Below, piece after piece: positions 1-13,214 of a DNA stretch of 64,000 bases. Origin of the DNA: Phyllosticta citribraziliensis (taxonomy: Eukaryota); the NCBI RefSeq assembly GCF_038025025.1, contig NW_027117341.1, forward strand, positions 1,426,001 to 1,490,000. Reading direction: 5' to 3'. The notes under the pieces are model-generated. The model was not told where the DNA came from. It saw nothing but the letters and a program-made list of their open reading frames with translations, and did no database searches. The first letter of the stretch is position 1, and every line of letters begins with the position of its first letter. The position numbers and the translations under genes are program-made.

Positions 1-1646
1 GCTCTGATGCCTCAGGTTTGTGCTTTCATCTCTCTTTACATTTCAGTGTCTCCATCTCCTCCTTTCCTGTCTATTGCATCTCTCTATTTTTGCAGTATTG
101 GCCTTCTGCACACTTCAACGACACATCCTCACCCCTAGCGGCTCGGCTCGCTGGAGGACGCCATGTCGTCAGCTCAGCCGCGCCCACCCAGCTTCTTCCT
201 TTCCTCCCTCGACGCATCCGGGAACAGGGTTCAGCCGTTCGACCTCGTCTGGGAGTAGCACCACGCATCATGCCTCTTGTGGCTCTGCGCAGCCCGACGA
301 GAGCGCAACTTTGAACGTAGTCGGGCGAGCGGAGTCGGCCCCGATACAGCAGTCTTCCCTCTTAGTTGCTGCTGCCGCTGCATACATGCATGCGAGGAGC
401 ATGATTGGGGACTGGCATTGTGTATGTGCTTGCCCAGCCCGCCGTCTTGTCTGCAGCGCAAGGTCGTCTGCACTCCTTTGGAAGCCTAGTCCGCGAGCCC
501 AGTCAGCGAAAAAGAAAAGACAGCTTGATGCAGACTGAACAATGACTCCATCTCGACGCAGAGCCGGGACAGGACCAGAGGAAAAGAATCTCATGAGCTG
601 GCATCTCCAACAGGCACATACCTACATACATATCTCCTTCTCACGATCTTCCTCATCCAAGCAAGCAACCAGTCGACCAGACCAGCAAACCATGCGCAGC
701 TCCTCCTCCTCTAGTCCCTCCACACGCAACTAACCAACTTCAGGCTGGCCTGTCCATCTGCAGAGCCAGCCAGCCAGCACGCCTTAGGAGTAGCTCGCCC
801 TCTGATCCGCCCACCTGGCAACATCGAACATGGTCGGGTGTGCGGGCCGAAGCACTACCGTCGACGACGCAGGCGCTAGACAGGCGCGCGCCATGCATGG
901 TTGGTTCAAAGAGTAGTCCGAGAATGGATGAGGGGAGGGGACTGGGGAATGGTGCCAAGTTGGCTTTGGGTGCTGCGTCGCGCCGCTTGACGTCGGGCTG
1001 CCACTGTACTGTGCCCGAGTGGGGGGCTTGTCTGTGTTGGCTGGCTGGCAGAGGGAAGACGTGGACACTGTTTGTCAGCCGCTTCGCCGAAACCGTCTGC
1101 GCTCTTCATCTGCTGCAGGTGGACACGCTTGCTTGCTGGCTCGCGTTCACACTGCAAGTCCCTATTCATTCGGCACTCTCCTCGCTCCTCCTGTCCTCGA
1201 TCATCACCTCTCCACCCTCACACCCTATGCACAGCGCAGCGCAACACAACCAGCCTATCAACCACCCATCTCCCCCACACAGAACTCCCCCAGCCCAACA
1301 CGCCCCCCGACACACCACCGCCTCTCCCCTCCGCAACCAGCGGCAACACCAGCCGCAGAGCCAAAAGAGACCACGAGCCTACGCCGCAGCGGCCGCATGC
1401 GGCAGTCGGGCTTGCAGGCGGCATTTTTTTGCCTTTGGCGTAGATGTTTGAAGTTGTCGAGGCGCGGCGCGGTGGGCGGGGTGCGTGGCGGCGCGTGGCG
1501 TTGCGTGGCTGGCTGGCTGGCGAGCTGAGCAGCCTGAGCTGAATTACAAGAGAAAGAAAGAAAGGGAGCGGAGGACGACGAAAGATGTGGTTTGGTTACG
1601 ATGGCACTGTTGGTCCACGGTCCCACTCACCCACGACACCATCCCC

Positions 1647-1994
1647 ATGCCCACCACCTCACGCACTCCCTCCCTCTCTCCCTCCCTCCGACCGGTCTAC
1701 CCACCACGACCACCAAAAAGCGCGCCAAACAAAGACTACCCTCCCGCTTGGTCAATCCAGGCGTCTAGAGCGGTAGAGCGAGCGCTGAATGGCTGGTCGA
1801 CGCAACTTCGAACGCCGCGAGTGAATCAGGCAGCGAGGGCAAAGGCGCGACGGATGCGTGCGGGCGCGATGGGGGACGTGTGGCGTGGTACGCTAGTGTT
1901 TAAGTTGGACCGAGAAACGGAGGAGAGGGACTTCTGGCTTCTGGCGAAAGCCTTGGTGCTCGGTGTGGGTATCGAGGTAGTAGACACAAGGTAA
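1647..1994 (+). CDS. Possible small hypothetical protein (115 aa)
   Basis: ATG at 1647 lies within ORF 1485-1994. The C-terminal half (VWRGTLVFKLDRETEERDFWLLAKALVLGVGIEVV) looks protein-like. No family recognised. Confidence 0.3.
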   Translation: MPTTSRTPSLSPSLRPVYPPRPPKSAPNKDYPPAWSIQASRAVERALNGWSTQLRTPRVNQAARAKARRMRAGAMGDVWRGTLVFKLDRETEERDFWLLAKALVLGVGIEVVDTR

Positions 1995-2502
1995 GGCTGA
2001 TGGGCAGTGCATATTCAAGTTGCGTATCGGACGAAGTCAATTTGGAAAAAGATATATCTTGTTGTGTTTATCTCTGAATCGATAAAATCCTCGCAAAAGG
2101 AAAGGGGTATCTCAGGGGTATATATAAACAAAGCGGATGGTGAGCGCAAGATCAGAAGAACAAGGGGTATCAAAAAGGAAACCTCAAACCCAAGCCGCGG
2201 GCAACGACGCCAGCTCCATCAGAGCGCCAAACTCCGGCTCTCCAGCCAATGAAAGGAAAAGATCAGCCACGTTGGGACGTACTGGGGTATATACAAACGT
2301 ATGAGTAGATGGGAAGAGAGGAAGGAAAGGCGGACACCTTTGCACCGCCGCTCGAGCGGCTGCCAACTCGTCTCGCACAAACTGGCAGTCGAAGACATCA
2401 AACAGCTCTCTCAGGCAAGACAGGAAAGAAAGATCTCATGGCAAGGATACCGAGCGCGCTCGACAAACAATATGGTCAATCTCGGCAGCCACAGGGAATG
2501 AT

Positions 2503-3963
2503 CTAGGGCGAATTGAACACCCGGACCCGGTGCTTCTGAAAGTCACCCAGGACACTCCCGCCCGTCTTGTGCTTCCGACGCTGGACGAGTCTGCCGCTGC
2601 TGTCACGGCGAATCTCAATGTCCCCGTCGCCAGCGGACACCCGGCGCTTGGTCTTGTTGTACTTCATGCGGGCCTCGGCCTCGGCCATCTCGGCTTCCAA
2701 AAGGGCTTGCTTTGTCTTCATAGACTGAAGGCTTGGAATTTCCTCGGATCGATGCCGGAGGTGCCTTGGCGGGCTGTAGTGGTCCTTGACGTAGTGGTCC
2801 TTGTGGGAGCGGTCCTTGTCCTTGCGATCGGAATACGTCTGACGGGACTCCGACTCGTACAGCCGGGAGAATTCCGCGTCAGGCGACAACGAAGTGGAGG
2901 GAGTGTAGCGAGGAGTGAATGCCTCGGCCGGGTGGGAAGACGGCACCGCTGGAGTGTGCGTGTACGGGCTCCTGATGCGCTCACTCGTCGGCGACCTCTT
3001 GAGCTCCTCTGTGTAGTACTGGCCCCTCTTGATCCGGTCGTTGTACGTGCCTGAGCTCCAGGTCGGCGAGGATTGGTCCTCGGCAGGTCGCTGACGTGCT
3101 TCGTCTCGCGCTTTTTCACGATCCGCCAAAAACTTGACATAGGCGGCGCTCTCAAGGCCCTGTTTTTCGGACAGTTCCTTCTCGAACTTTTCCTTTTCCT
3201 CTCGCTCCCTTTCCTTGGCTTTCATGGCCCGCATCTCTGCGCGATGATCTCCGCGTGGGGCTTCGAATTGGGCGTAGTAGTCGTCCTTGGCCTTTTCTTC
3301 CTTCTCCCGCTGACGTTCTTCCTCGCGGAGCTCATCCATGGCAGCGTCGCGAGCATCACGGGACTCCCTGGCTTTCCTGGACTTGGTGTAATCGTTGTCC
3401 TCGGACGCTGGTGTGCGACGGTAGGCGTCATTCAGTACGACAGGCGGCGGGCTCATGGCTGGAAGCGAAGTGTCAATTGGGGCCGGGCGCCTTTGCTTGC
3501 GTCTTGACCCCTCCGAGTCGGAACCAGGGTCTGCCGCAGCTGCTGCACGGTTTGGCGGCCTGGGCGGCCCTCTAGGAGGATCCGCAAACTGCACTGTAGG
3601 CTTTGAGTCTCTCCGGCCCATGTCGTAGCTGTAGTGAGAGTCCCGGGTTGCTGTCGATCCTTGACGGTGATGTCTCTTGCTGTGGGACCGATCAGGTTTC
3701 CTCTCCGGAGACGAAAGTCCAAGGCCATATCCAGGCGAGTGCGTAACCGTGGTGTACGTGGCCTCATGAGTTGGAGTGGGTGGACCTAGTTCCGTGGTTG
3801 GAGTTGAGAAGCCGGATGAGAATGAGGGAACATTCCTTGACGGGCCAGCACGACGATGTTCTCCGATGTAAGTCCTTTCAGGGCAGTGCGGTCCGGCACG
3901 AGGGTGGCTGCACTTGTGTACCAGCTCGTCCCCGAAGCGGCTTGTCTGTTCGAAGATGCACAT
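2503..3963 (-). CDS. Hypothetical protein (~486 aa): Cys-containing N-terminus, low-complexity and coiled-coil body
   Basis: Long intronless ORF. The likely start is GCCATG at 3963 (MCIFEQ...KC...HC). It has a charged coiled-coil segment (EEERQREKEEKAK) and coding-like composition. Confidence 0.75.
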   Translation of the reverse strand: MCIFEQTSRFGDELVHKCSHPRAGPHCPERTYIGEHRRAGPSRNVPSFSSGFSTPTTELGPPTPTHEATYTTVTHSPGYGLGLSSPERKPDRSHSKRHHRQGSTATRDSHYSYDMGRRDSKPTVQFADPPRGPPRPPNRAAAAADPGSDSEGSRRKQRRPAPIDTSLPAMSPPPVVLNDAYRRTPASEDNDYTKSRKARESRDARDAAMDELREEERQREKEEKAKDDYYAQFEAPRGDHRAEMRAMKAKEREREEKEKFEKELSEKQGLESAAYVKFLADREKARDEARQRPAEDQSSPTWSSGTYNDRIKRGQYYTEELKRSPTSERIRSPYTHTPAVPSSHPAEAFTPRYTPSTSLSPDAEFSRLYESESRQTYSDRKDKDRSHKDHYVKDHYSPPRHLRHRSEEIPSLQSMKTKQALLEAEMAEAEARMKYNKTKRRVSAGDGDIEIRRDSSGRLVQRRKHKTGGSVLGDFQKHRVRVFNSP

Positions 3964-6900
3964 GGCTGGTCTCGAGGGTCGACGGGAGACCCTGCGATAT
4001 CTTCGGTGCTGGTACCGGTAGCCAGCACACTCGGTGGTCAGGCGAGGAGTACGAGGTAGAGCAAAAGAAGAATTGCTGTCGAGCCCGTAGTAGCGAGATT
4101 GGTGCCAGAAGCGACGAAAACAGGAACCAAGTGGATTTGTTGCGAGCGGCGAGGCCTCGACGAAGTAAATACCTGCCATGACTTAGAAACAGATCATGAA
4201 GGGATAGCGCGTGGCCAAAGAAGGCAAAGTATGGCACAGTGAGGGTTGGCAGATGACTGGCAGAGGGCTAAGACATGAGGCCTACCTGTTCTTGGAACTT
4301 ATAGCAAGAGGACAACAAGACAATGGTGGAAGTTGTTGTGAAATTGTTGGAGCGAGTTGGGACTTGAGTTGGAAGCGCTTGTTGGTCTCGAGTTGGTTGG
4401 ATCAGGAAAAGTGGAGGTGTTGTTGGGTGGATCCTGAAGGGGGAGGCGTGGACTTTTGAGAGCAGGCCTGACTGGATCAGAGGAGGGCGTTGATGCCTGG
4501 GAGGTCGCGGGAGGGCCTGCGCTATAGTCGCGACAACATTACACAAAAAGCACTGCCGCTGGTCGCGGACGTCGCGTCTGCTAGGATTGACGCCTCGCTG
4601 CCGCGACGTGAGCGAGGTCGGTGGCTAAGCCCCAGTAAGCAGCGCCCGTTGAATTGAGCCTTGCCTCACCACCGCAGCGCCCGCTCCGCGTCGCGCTCGG
4701 CTGTCCATGTCCTGCTGCTGCGGGAGCGACACGCCCAGGCGACATGGAGGGCTGCAACGTGACGGCATCAGGGCATGCCGAGTGGATGTTGGACGATAAC
4801 GTCGTCGCTGTCTGCGGGGCGCGCCAGGCACCAAGTCCAACGGGAAACCAGAGGTCCAACAAACCCACGGGAACACGGTCAGAGGGACGCTAGGCGGGCC
4901 GGTCCAGCACCTCAGCTGGCCGGGGGGTCGTGTGGGCGAGTTGGAGGGAGGGTGGCTGGTTGGATTGGGTCATTTGCCAGTTGGGGAGGTAGCGTGGTGG
5001 TGAGCTTCGACGAATGACGAGGCAAGCGACCGTGACCTCATCCGCCGCCCTCTGCTTCAGTTCCTCTCCTCCACCTCTGCTCCCACCACCAACAACCAAC
5101 CCGGACCATGACGCTCCGACCTGGCCCGCCATCAAACCAACGCCCCGACGCTCTGCTCGCGTCCACTCGAAATCCGCCTCATCGCCTGCTATTAGAACTG
5201 TTGCTGACATTGCAGCAGTGCCATGCCCTGCGCCAATCAGGAAAATCCGACCAGTCCTCATTATGCATCCACTGGCCTTCCCAGGCAACTGCCATGATAG
5301 TCGCCGCTAACGAATTCATGTCCTCTCCGTCCAGCTGCCCAAGACCCCAACAAGCCACCGTCTCGTGGGGTTACACTGATGATGAGATTCTATTTTCCTC
5401 CAACTTGCATCCTCGTTTTAGAAACCCTCTTTCTTTCCTCTCCGCCTCAGTGGCCATCATCTCCTCAAGTTGAAACCTGCCCGAGAAGGGCGCAGTAAAG
5501 GCGGTGGGTGTCTGTCAGGAAGCATTCAAGCCCCGTCCCTTGGCACTACTACAGCCACAGACGCTTCACGACGTCCTCAAAATTGGCCCCCAACGAAAAG
5601 CCCGTCATCCGCCTTCCTCGCTGCCGGGTCCCCTTCTCTTTCCTCGTCCATGCTCTTCTCTGTCCCGGGCCGTCGGAAATCGCTTCACTCGAGACTGGCC
5701 ACGAGACAGATTGGTTGTTAAGCAATGCGTCTGTGCCGCAAGGCTGCTCCGATTGGACTTTGCGGATGCTCCGGCGAACAGGACCTCCAACAGACTACGC
5801 GCGGGGTTTGCCGCGCGCTCAACACCTGGAGTCTCGCAGTGTTTCGAGAATTAATAGTGACGAATGGGCAGAGAGACGGAGAGACAGCAAAAGTCCTCTC
5901 ACGCCATGCCAGTACATTCTTTCCGTCCAAGTGCCGCGGCTACGCCTGAAGCGGACAAGCCGCGCCAACTATTTTGGTCGCAAAAACTCACCTTGACGCT
6001 CGCCGTCGAAGGCGCCCTGCCCCGGTCCTACGGACTACACTTGACGACAATCAACGTCAGACCAGAGCAGACGACTGCTCACACATGTCCCGGGAAGCGG
6101 GCAAGAATTTTCTCCATCTTGGGCTAGTACGCGGCTCTGCTCGCACTGTCGGCTCCGCTGCAAGAAACAATCCTTGCTCAGCTGGACTGGGATTCAACGG
6201 ATGCAAGGCTGGCGAGTATTCCGGGTCGCTCGCTTGGTCAGAGGCAAGCGGGCGGGATCGACTGATGCGTCCGGCTTTCCCTCTCCACACAAAGCCGCCA
6301 ATGTTATTTGCTGACGCTACCCACCCTCCGAGGTCCTGGCCCCCCGTATTTGGTGGTAATGAGCGACGACCTGGATGATCGGCCAAGGCAAGCGGTGATG
6401 GTCGGTACCCTCCGTGGGAGGGGAATGGGACGGATAACGCATGCGGGCTGCATTTCTAATGAGCAAAGCCTTGCGACGGCTTACTGTCGAAGGGTTTGCG
6501 CGTGGCTGTGGCATTGAAGAGGATGATGATAATAATCCAGCCACAGCGCCACGATGCCACATTGAAGCCACAATGCCGCATGTGTAACTTTTGGTGGGGA
6601 GCTTGTGAGGCGCAAGTCTGACAGGTATGCAGGCAGGTCGACGGCTGGTCCCGTCAGTCAATGCCTTGATCAGAGAAGTATGCCTGCAAATTTCGGAGGA
6701 GTGGGGCAGGAGGGACGAGCAGCAAAAGAGGGAGGATGACAAAGGTTTGGAGTCGTGGTTGGTGTCGCTCTTATAAGACGATGGGTTCGGCCTGCCAGCA
6801 CATTGCGAGCTCCCAACTCTTGTGTGCACTGCTGGCCACTACTGACACGGTCAATCTTGACTGCCCCGTGCAGATGAGCGCCCACTTTTGTCTTGGCTGC

Positions 6901-7914
6901 CAATCAGGCTCGACCTTTTGATGGCCAATGGGGAGGTTTCTGTGCGCTGTCAAGTTGCGTCATCTTGGCGGACTTCGTGCGCGGTCCTGGATTGGAAATT
7001 TTTCGGGTTTCGCTGATGCGGTCAGTGGAAGGGTCAAGGGCAAGAGGTCGTGATGATTCGGCGGTGGTCAAACGGGGACAGGAGTCGAGAGAGGCCTGCC
7101 GTGATGGCGTCCGGGTGTACTGCCACAGCAGGGACGTCAGTGGCTGTGAGGGTCCGGCGCTAGATCAAGGCAGGACCCTGAGCCTGAAGGCAGCTTGATA
7201 CAGTTGCACTCAGCCAAAACAAACTAACCTCGACGCTGGACAGGACAGGCCCGTCGTCATTGTTTTGCTTTGGCTTGACAATGGCCAATCGAGTCGCCGT
7301 ATCGTGTCTCTGCAGTCTCCACGCGGGCCGTCCAGCTGCAGCTGGCCGAGTCAATCTCGTCGACGTGGCGTCAGCGGACCGTTTATTCCAAGAAATGCGG
7401 CAGTCGACCTGATGCCGTGCAATACTTGGCGCCCGCCAACGTCGCCGGAATCGCTGGATTGGCACTGGTCAAGCACTGCAGAGAAAGGCTTGAGCGTGCT
7501 TCGTCTCGGGCACCATGGCCAGACAATTGGACGCTGTCGCTTGACGAGTCAGGTTGTGGCTGGACAACCACGAGTCTGTGCACCGACGGGGATCGCTCCC
7601 TCCTCGTTTCAAGCCACTATGCGGAGATATTATATCCTTCCAGATCCCCATCTCCCTTTTCCCACACTTCTTCGCCCTCTTCCTACGCCCCTCGCTCTCG
7701 AATCCCTAGAAAAACACGCCGAACCCTTCTCACACAGCCTCTATCCCTCCGACGCACCATCCCGGCTCGTATCCATCGAAATTGCCCTTCAACACCGCTG
7801 TCCGCCGCGCTTCTGCTCAAGCTTTGATTGCTTGACGCTGGGGCACCACCTTAAACCCAGACTCTCCGCCCTGAGCTCCCAGCTGCGCAAGCACAGATCG
7901 ACCTCGAACACACC

Positions 7915-9399
7915 ATGGCGGAGCCCAGCCCTGAAAAAGATGCAAACCACACGGCCGAGAAGGCGGGCGAGCGCGATCACGGCGGCACCAAACGCCCCCA
8001 TCCCAAAAACAGAACCCTTCCTCTCTTCAACCACAACGGCCACAGAGTAACGACTGGCATCAACCCGGACGGCGAGAGTGGCAGGAGAGGCATACATCCA
8101 ATCGAATTCTTGCAAATATGCTTCAGGAGTTCGGCACCATGGTCCAAATACGTCAATTTTCTCTGGCCATTTGTCCCTGCTGCCATAGCTATCGTAAGTC
8201 GGATCCTCTCAAACAGTCAAGGAAAAGGATGCTAACTTTTGTTTTAGCATTTTGCCGCTCCCTCTGCGCATTTGTGGATTTTCATTCTCAACTTCATCGC
8301 CATGGTGCCGGCCGCCAACCTTATCGGATTCGGAGGCCAGGAGCTGGCACGCAAACTGCCCAAGGTTTTTGGCGTCCTGGTCGAGACGACATTGGGATCA
8401 GTCGTCGAAATCGTGCTTTTCATGGTGCTTATTACGCGCCCAGCAAGCGACGGCTTCGACCCAATCCAAGTCATCCAGGCCGCCATCCTGGGCTCCATCC
8501 TCGCCAACTTGTTGCTCTGCATGGGCATGTGCTTTTTTGTCGGCGGACTCAAGCGCGAAGAGCAGACCTTCCACAAGGCCATTAGTGAGACCGGCAATGG
8601 ACTGATTCTCGTCGCGGGCATGGCGCTGGTCATGCCGTCCGCCTTCATCGCCTCGCTGCGCAACACGACCGAGTACGGAAATCACGATTTCGGTCCCGAG
8701 TCGCTGCGCATCTCGCGCGCCACGGCCATCATCCTGCTCATTTCCTACGTCGTCTACATCTGGTACCAGATGCGCTCGCACCACGGACTGTATGACGACG
8801 TGCTCGAGGCGGACGAGCTGCGCGACGCGGATCGGCACCACGACCTGGCCAAGGCCAAGCTGACACTTACGGAGTGCATCATTGCGCTGGCCATTGCGCT
8901 GACCTGCGTGTCGCTCATCGCCGTCTTCCTGGTCGACGAAATCCACTACATCGTGCACGAGCGGCACGTCAAGGACGCCTTCGTGGGGCTGATCCTCGTC
9001 CCCGTGGTCGAAAAAGCGGCCGAGCACCTCACAGCCATCGACGAGGCATACGACAACCAGATGAACTTTGCGCTGGCGCACGTGCTGGGCGCGTGCGTGC
9101 AAACCGCGCTGCTCAACACGCCGCTCGTCGTCTTCGTCGGCTGGGGCCTCGGCAAGGACATGAGCCTCGACTTCGAGACGTTCCACGCCGTCGTCATCAT
9201 CCTGGCCATCCTCGTCGTCGGCAACTTCCTCCGCGACCAGAAGAGCGACTACCTCGAGGGCTTCCTCTGCGTCGTCGTCTACGTCATCATCGCCATCTGC
9301 AGCTTCTACTACCCCAACCCGGCAGAGGGCGAGAGCGAGTCGACGGTTGTTGGCGAGGCTGCGGCGGCCGAGGCGGGCCATCGCTTGCTGCGGGCTTAG
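7915..9399 (+). CDS. Ca2+/H+ exchanger (CaCA family, VCX1/CAX-like)
   Basis: Exons 7915-8193 and 8248-9399; intron GTAAGT...CTAAC...TAG, phase 0. Alpha-repeat motifs GSVVE/LGSILANLLL and VEKAAEH; multiple TM helices. Confidence 0.92.
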
Positions 9400-10076
9400 G
9401 TCGTGTAACGGAGGACTTTTTCTTTTCCTGTGGTGTTGAAGAGCGTTGGAGATGTTGCTACTCCCTGAGCAAAAGAGACTCCTTTTCCTCTCTGGTCCCG
9501 TGATAAACTATCCATTTCCTTCCTGTCCCTCCCTTCTCTTTTCTCTGCTCTCCTTCTTCCTCTGAGCAACTGAGCAGACGCGGCAACAGCGGCGGCGATT
9601 CTTGGCAGCAAGCACGGCGTTCACGGTCCAGACCAGGCACGATTGAAGTAGACGAGTCTGGTGGTTCTTTGGGTTTCGATACAGATCAATTCGATTCATT
9701 CTATTCAGTTCGGGTCATCCAGACGACGGTCAGGAGGAGGACGCGAGTAGGCACCTCCCGTCATGATGCAAGCCGTTTGGGTGCAGACAGATGGGAAGAC
9801 CATTGCCGTTGCCAATGTCTAGACACTGATTGACTGCGCCGTGCCACCTTGATAGATGTTAATACGCACAGCACGATGTGAAATGCTTTCTGGATCGTGG
9901 ATCTATTGGCTATGTCGTGCTTACGCTACGCTACGCTACATCTAAAGCACAATCATTACATCCGCCGCCACCACTTCTTCTCTCCATTCTTCTCTTCTCG
10001 AACGCGTGCTGCACGCCAGCAGCACACTGACACTCCTCCACCGTTGCTTCCACCACACCAACCCATCCCAGCAAAC

Positions 10077-12471
10077 CTACACCTCGTCCTCATCCCCGGC
10101 GACGGCCTCATACCCGCCGCCTCCCGCACCGCCATTCCGCCTCCTCATCGTCATGCGAGGCGGCACGTCATACACCCTCGTCCAGTTGATGCGCTCGCGG
10201 CCCAGCACGGCGTCGCCGTTTTCGCGGTTGCGCCACAGCGGCACGCCATCGCACCAAAAGTCGCTGCAGTTGGTCAGGCAGCCGCGGGTATATGGGTTCT
10301 CGCGCCGCTGCGCCAGGACGGCCGGCGCGTTGGACCCGTGCAGCGCCGTCGCCATGAACGTGTCCAGCCCCAGCAGGCGGGTCCATTGCGCGAGGCAGCC
10401 GACGTGGTTGTGGCCGCCGCCGCGGCGCTGCTGCCCTGGGGGTTGCTGGCCAGGGCCGCCGGGTCGCGGGGCGCCGTTGGGGGCGTTGGCGCTGGGGGCG
10501 CTGCTGGCGGACGGTTCTGCTGAGCTGAGCGGGTCGAGCTGCGCGGCGTCGGGCGATGTCGAGCCCGTTGTGACGAACGAGGTGAGGGGGTCGGGCGTGG
10601 GCGCGCCAAAGTGGTTGTGGGAGCGCATGGCCTCGAACGTGGTCTGCGCGCGGGCGATTTGAAGGAGCTGGACGATGACGAGCATCGAGACCCACACGAG
10701 CTGGATCGTGGTCCAGATGGTGAGGAGAATGGTAAAGGGGTCCTTGTGCAGGGTCTCGCAGAGCGAAGGGGCCAGAAACGTGCACTGCAGGGACTCCGAG
10801 TTGGAGATGGGCGGGAGGAGGGATAGGTAGGAGAGGATGATGCGGTCGAACAGTATAATGCCCACCTCCATGAAGAGGATGTAGAGGACAAAGTGTCGGT
10901 GGTTGTTGTTGGCGACGCAGTTGTCTACCCAAGGGCAGTGGTGGTCTTGTTTGGCGAGACACCGGTTGCAGCGCTTGCAGTGCTTGCTCCTCAGCGGGCG
11001 CCGTACCATGCAATGAACGCAGAAATTTTGCTCGTCAAACTTGCGAGTGGTGATGAGCTCGTCGATGATGGCCTTTTGCTGTGCGCGGGATGACGACTTT
11101 GGGATGTAGCCTGGATCCGTGAACATGGTGAGCAAATAAAAGTAAGTGGTCGCTGTGAAGAAAATCACGAAGAAAATGTTCGTGAATGGATTAGAAGTAA
11201 ATGTCCCTGAATAAGTCAGCGGAAAAACTTGACGTTGGAAATATTGGCCATACATGGGAGGACGTGGGTAATGTATCGAACACCGACCCAGAAAAGCGTG
11301 CCTGCAAAAACGCCTGACAGGTACGGCTACTCTTCGTTAGAATCAGACCGTGTTGCTCTCTAAGAAGCCGACTTACAGTCTTGTGTATATGCTTCATATC
11401 GCTTGGAGCCCATCTCAGCAATTGCTGTGCGGACCACTGCAAAATATACAGTGCGCCTAATGCCAACGGAATAGCCACGTAAACGACGGCGTGGCTTAGA
11501 ATGTAGAGGCCAACGATGATCATGAGGAAAGGCCAGACGAAGAAGAACTTGTTGAAAAAGGATCTCCGGTCCTTGATGATGCTCTGTAGCGGGAAGTATT
11601 TGGCGCTGCCGTCCGGGTTGTATCCTGAATCCGAGAGCGCCTTGTGCCATTGCCGTACGGAATTCATGTCTTGCGCAGTAATGGCGGGGGTTTTCCCCTC
11701 GTTGTTTTCCGCGAAGCGATCCGAGCCGTATTCAATGAGCTTTTGTATGCAGCCTAGGCTGCCTTTTACCAGCGCCCAGTGCAGCGCCGTAAAACCTTGG
11801 TCGTCCCGCGCATACACATTGGCGCCCCATCGCACGAGAACCTCGACCACAGCGGGAAATCCCTTGTATGCCGCCCACATGAGCGCTGTATGTCCCTGGG
11901 CGTCGGGTATGTCGACGGGGATGTCTTGGTGTAGAAGAAGGACGAGCTGAAAAACATTTCCATCCAATGTTGCGCTGTGGAGTAGGTTGAATCCTTGGTC
12001 GTCGGTCAGGAGAGGGTCGGCACCGCGCGAGAGTAGGAGCGCCACGATGTAATAGTTGCAGCGCTTTGCGGCCCAGAGCACGGGAGTCGCGACGGCATCA
12101 CCGCCTCGCGCATTCACGTCGGCGCCGCTGGTGATGAGAAAGTGGCATAGGGCGTGGTGGTTGTTTATTGCGGCCCACTGCCATCAAGACATGTCAGCGT
12201 CCACGGTAAGCCTTGGATTGGAGGTACAGGCCGGTAGGCTGCGGCATACATGTAAAGGTGTGATGCCCTGCTCGTCGCGGTAGGTTGCATCATACTTCCC
12301 GGTGTCGAACAACTTTTGAATGGCGCGAATCTCGCCAAGGCGAGCCAACTGCATGACATCCTCCTCGACCGGGAGGCTGGGCTGCTGTGCGGCCATGTCC
12401 TTGAGCTCGTGTTGGTCTCCGGCGGAAGGCGTGCGCGTGAGGGCGTCGCCTGCAGCGGGAGTCGAGGACAT
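10077..12471 (-). CDS. AKR1: Ankyrin-repeat DHHC palmitoyltransferase Akr1
   Basis: Introns 12178-12249, 11327-11376 and 11207-11253 splice in frame. Ankyrin repeats (TPLHWAA, TALMWAA, TALHWAL), TM helices and a DHHC-CRD ([26 protein letters not shown]). Confidence 0.95.
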
Positions 12472-13214
12472 TGCGGGCGGCGGATGTACGGTAAGGGAGG
12501 TATTATGTGCCAGAGGAGAGCGCAAGAGTCAACGATTACAGCATCATCGGCAGTACATGATTACTGGCTCTGGGATTGGACGGGCGGTGGAGAGTGAGAG
12601 TGAGAGTGGTGGCGGCGACAAATGTGCGGATTAGAGGCAGACTTGACCTGAGCAGCTCATAGCGAGGAGGAGAGGGCCGCGGGCACCGCCACACGCCACA
12701 GCCTCTCCCGCGAGGTTTCGAGGATCTGGGTACCTAGGCACCTTGCGCCTTGCTCCATATTGTCATGTCAATCCGTTTCGTGTCGCAACTTGAGTCTCAA
12801 ATTTGCTCTTGTGCGGCAGCTGGCACGTCCACGCCGCGACGCGTCTTTGATGGCGACGAAGACTGACGATCATAACCTGCCATTCGGCCGAGCGTGTTGA
12901 TGTGGATGCCTGCTCGTAGCAATCGTGCATGTAATTGTTTGTTTCTACCATGAGTGCCTATGAGCGCGAGATTTCTACTCCGCTTCATCCTGCTCAAGTT
13001 GGGCTCTTCATCCTTTTCCGCCGTTCGACCCAATCGTCCGCCACTCGGCTGCCTTGGAGCAACCCCTGAAGACTACAATGAGGGTATAATCACTAAATCC
13101 GCAATCATCATGTCATGGCAGCCTCAAAGAGTGTGCAAGATTTCCGACTAGACTTTTGGAGGCCCTCATCTACCGAACACTGAAAGAAACGCCGTATGAG
13201 ATGCACCCAACAAC

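Noticed and set aside
4200..7900. Many short ORFs between divergent genes (likewise 57100-60100)
   Set aside because: Arg/Pro/Ser-rich random-looking translations with no splice-consistent model. Likely promoters or long UTRs.
8398..9381. Long antisense ORFs (also 36717-37829, 49872-50849, 15088-15768)
   Set aside because: Shadow frames of GC3-biased real genes on the opposite strand.
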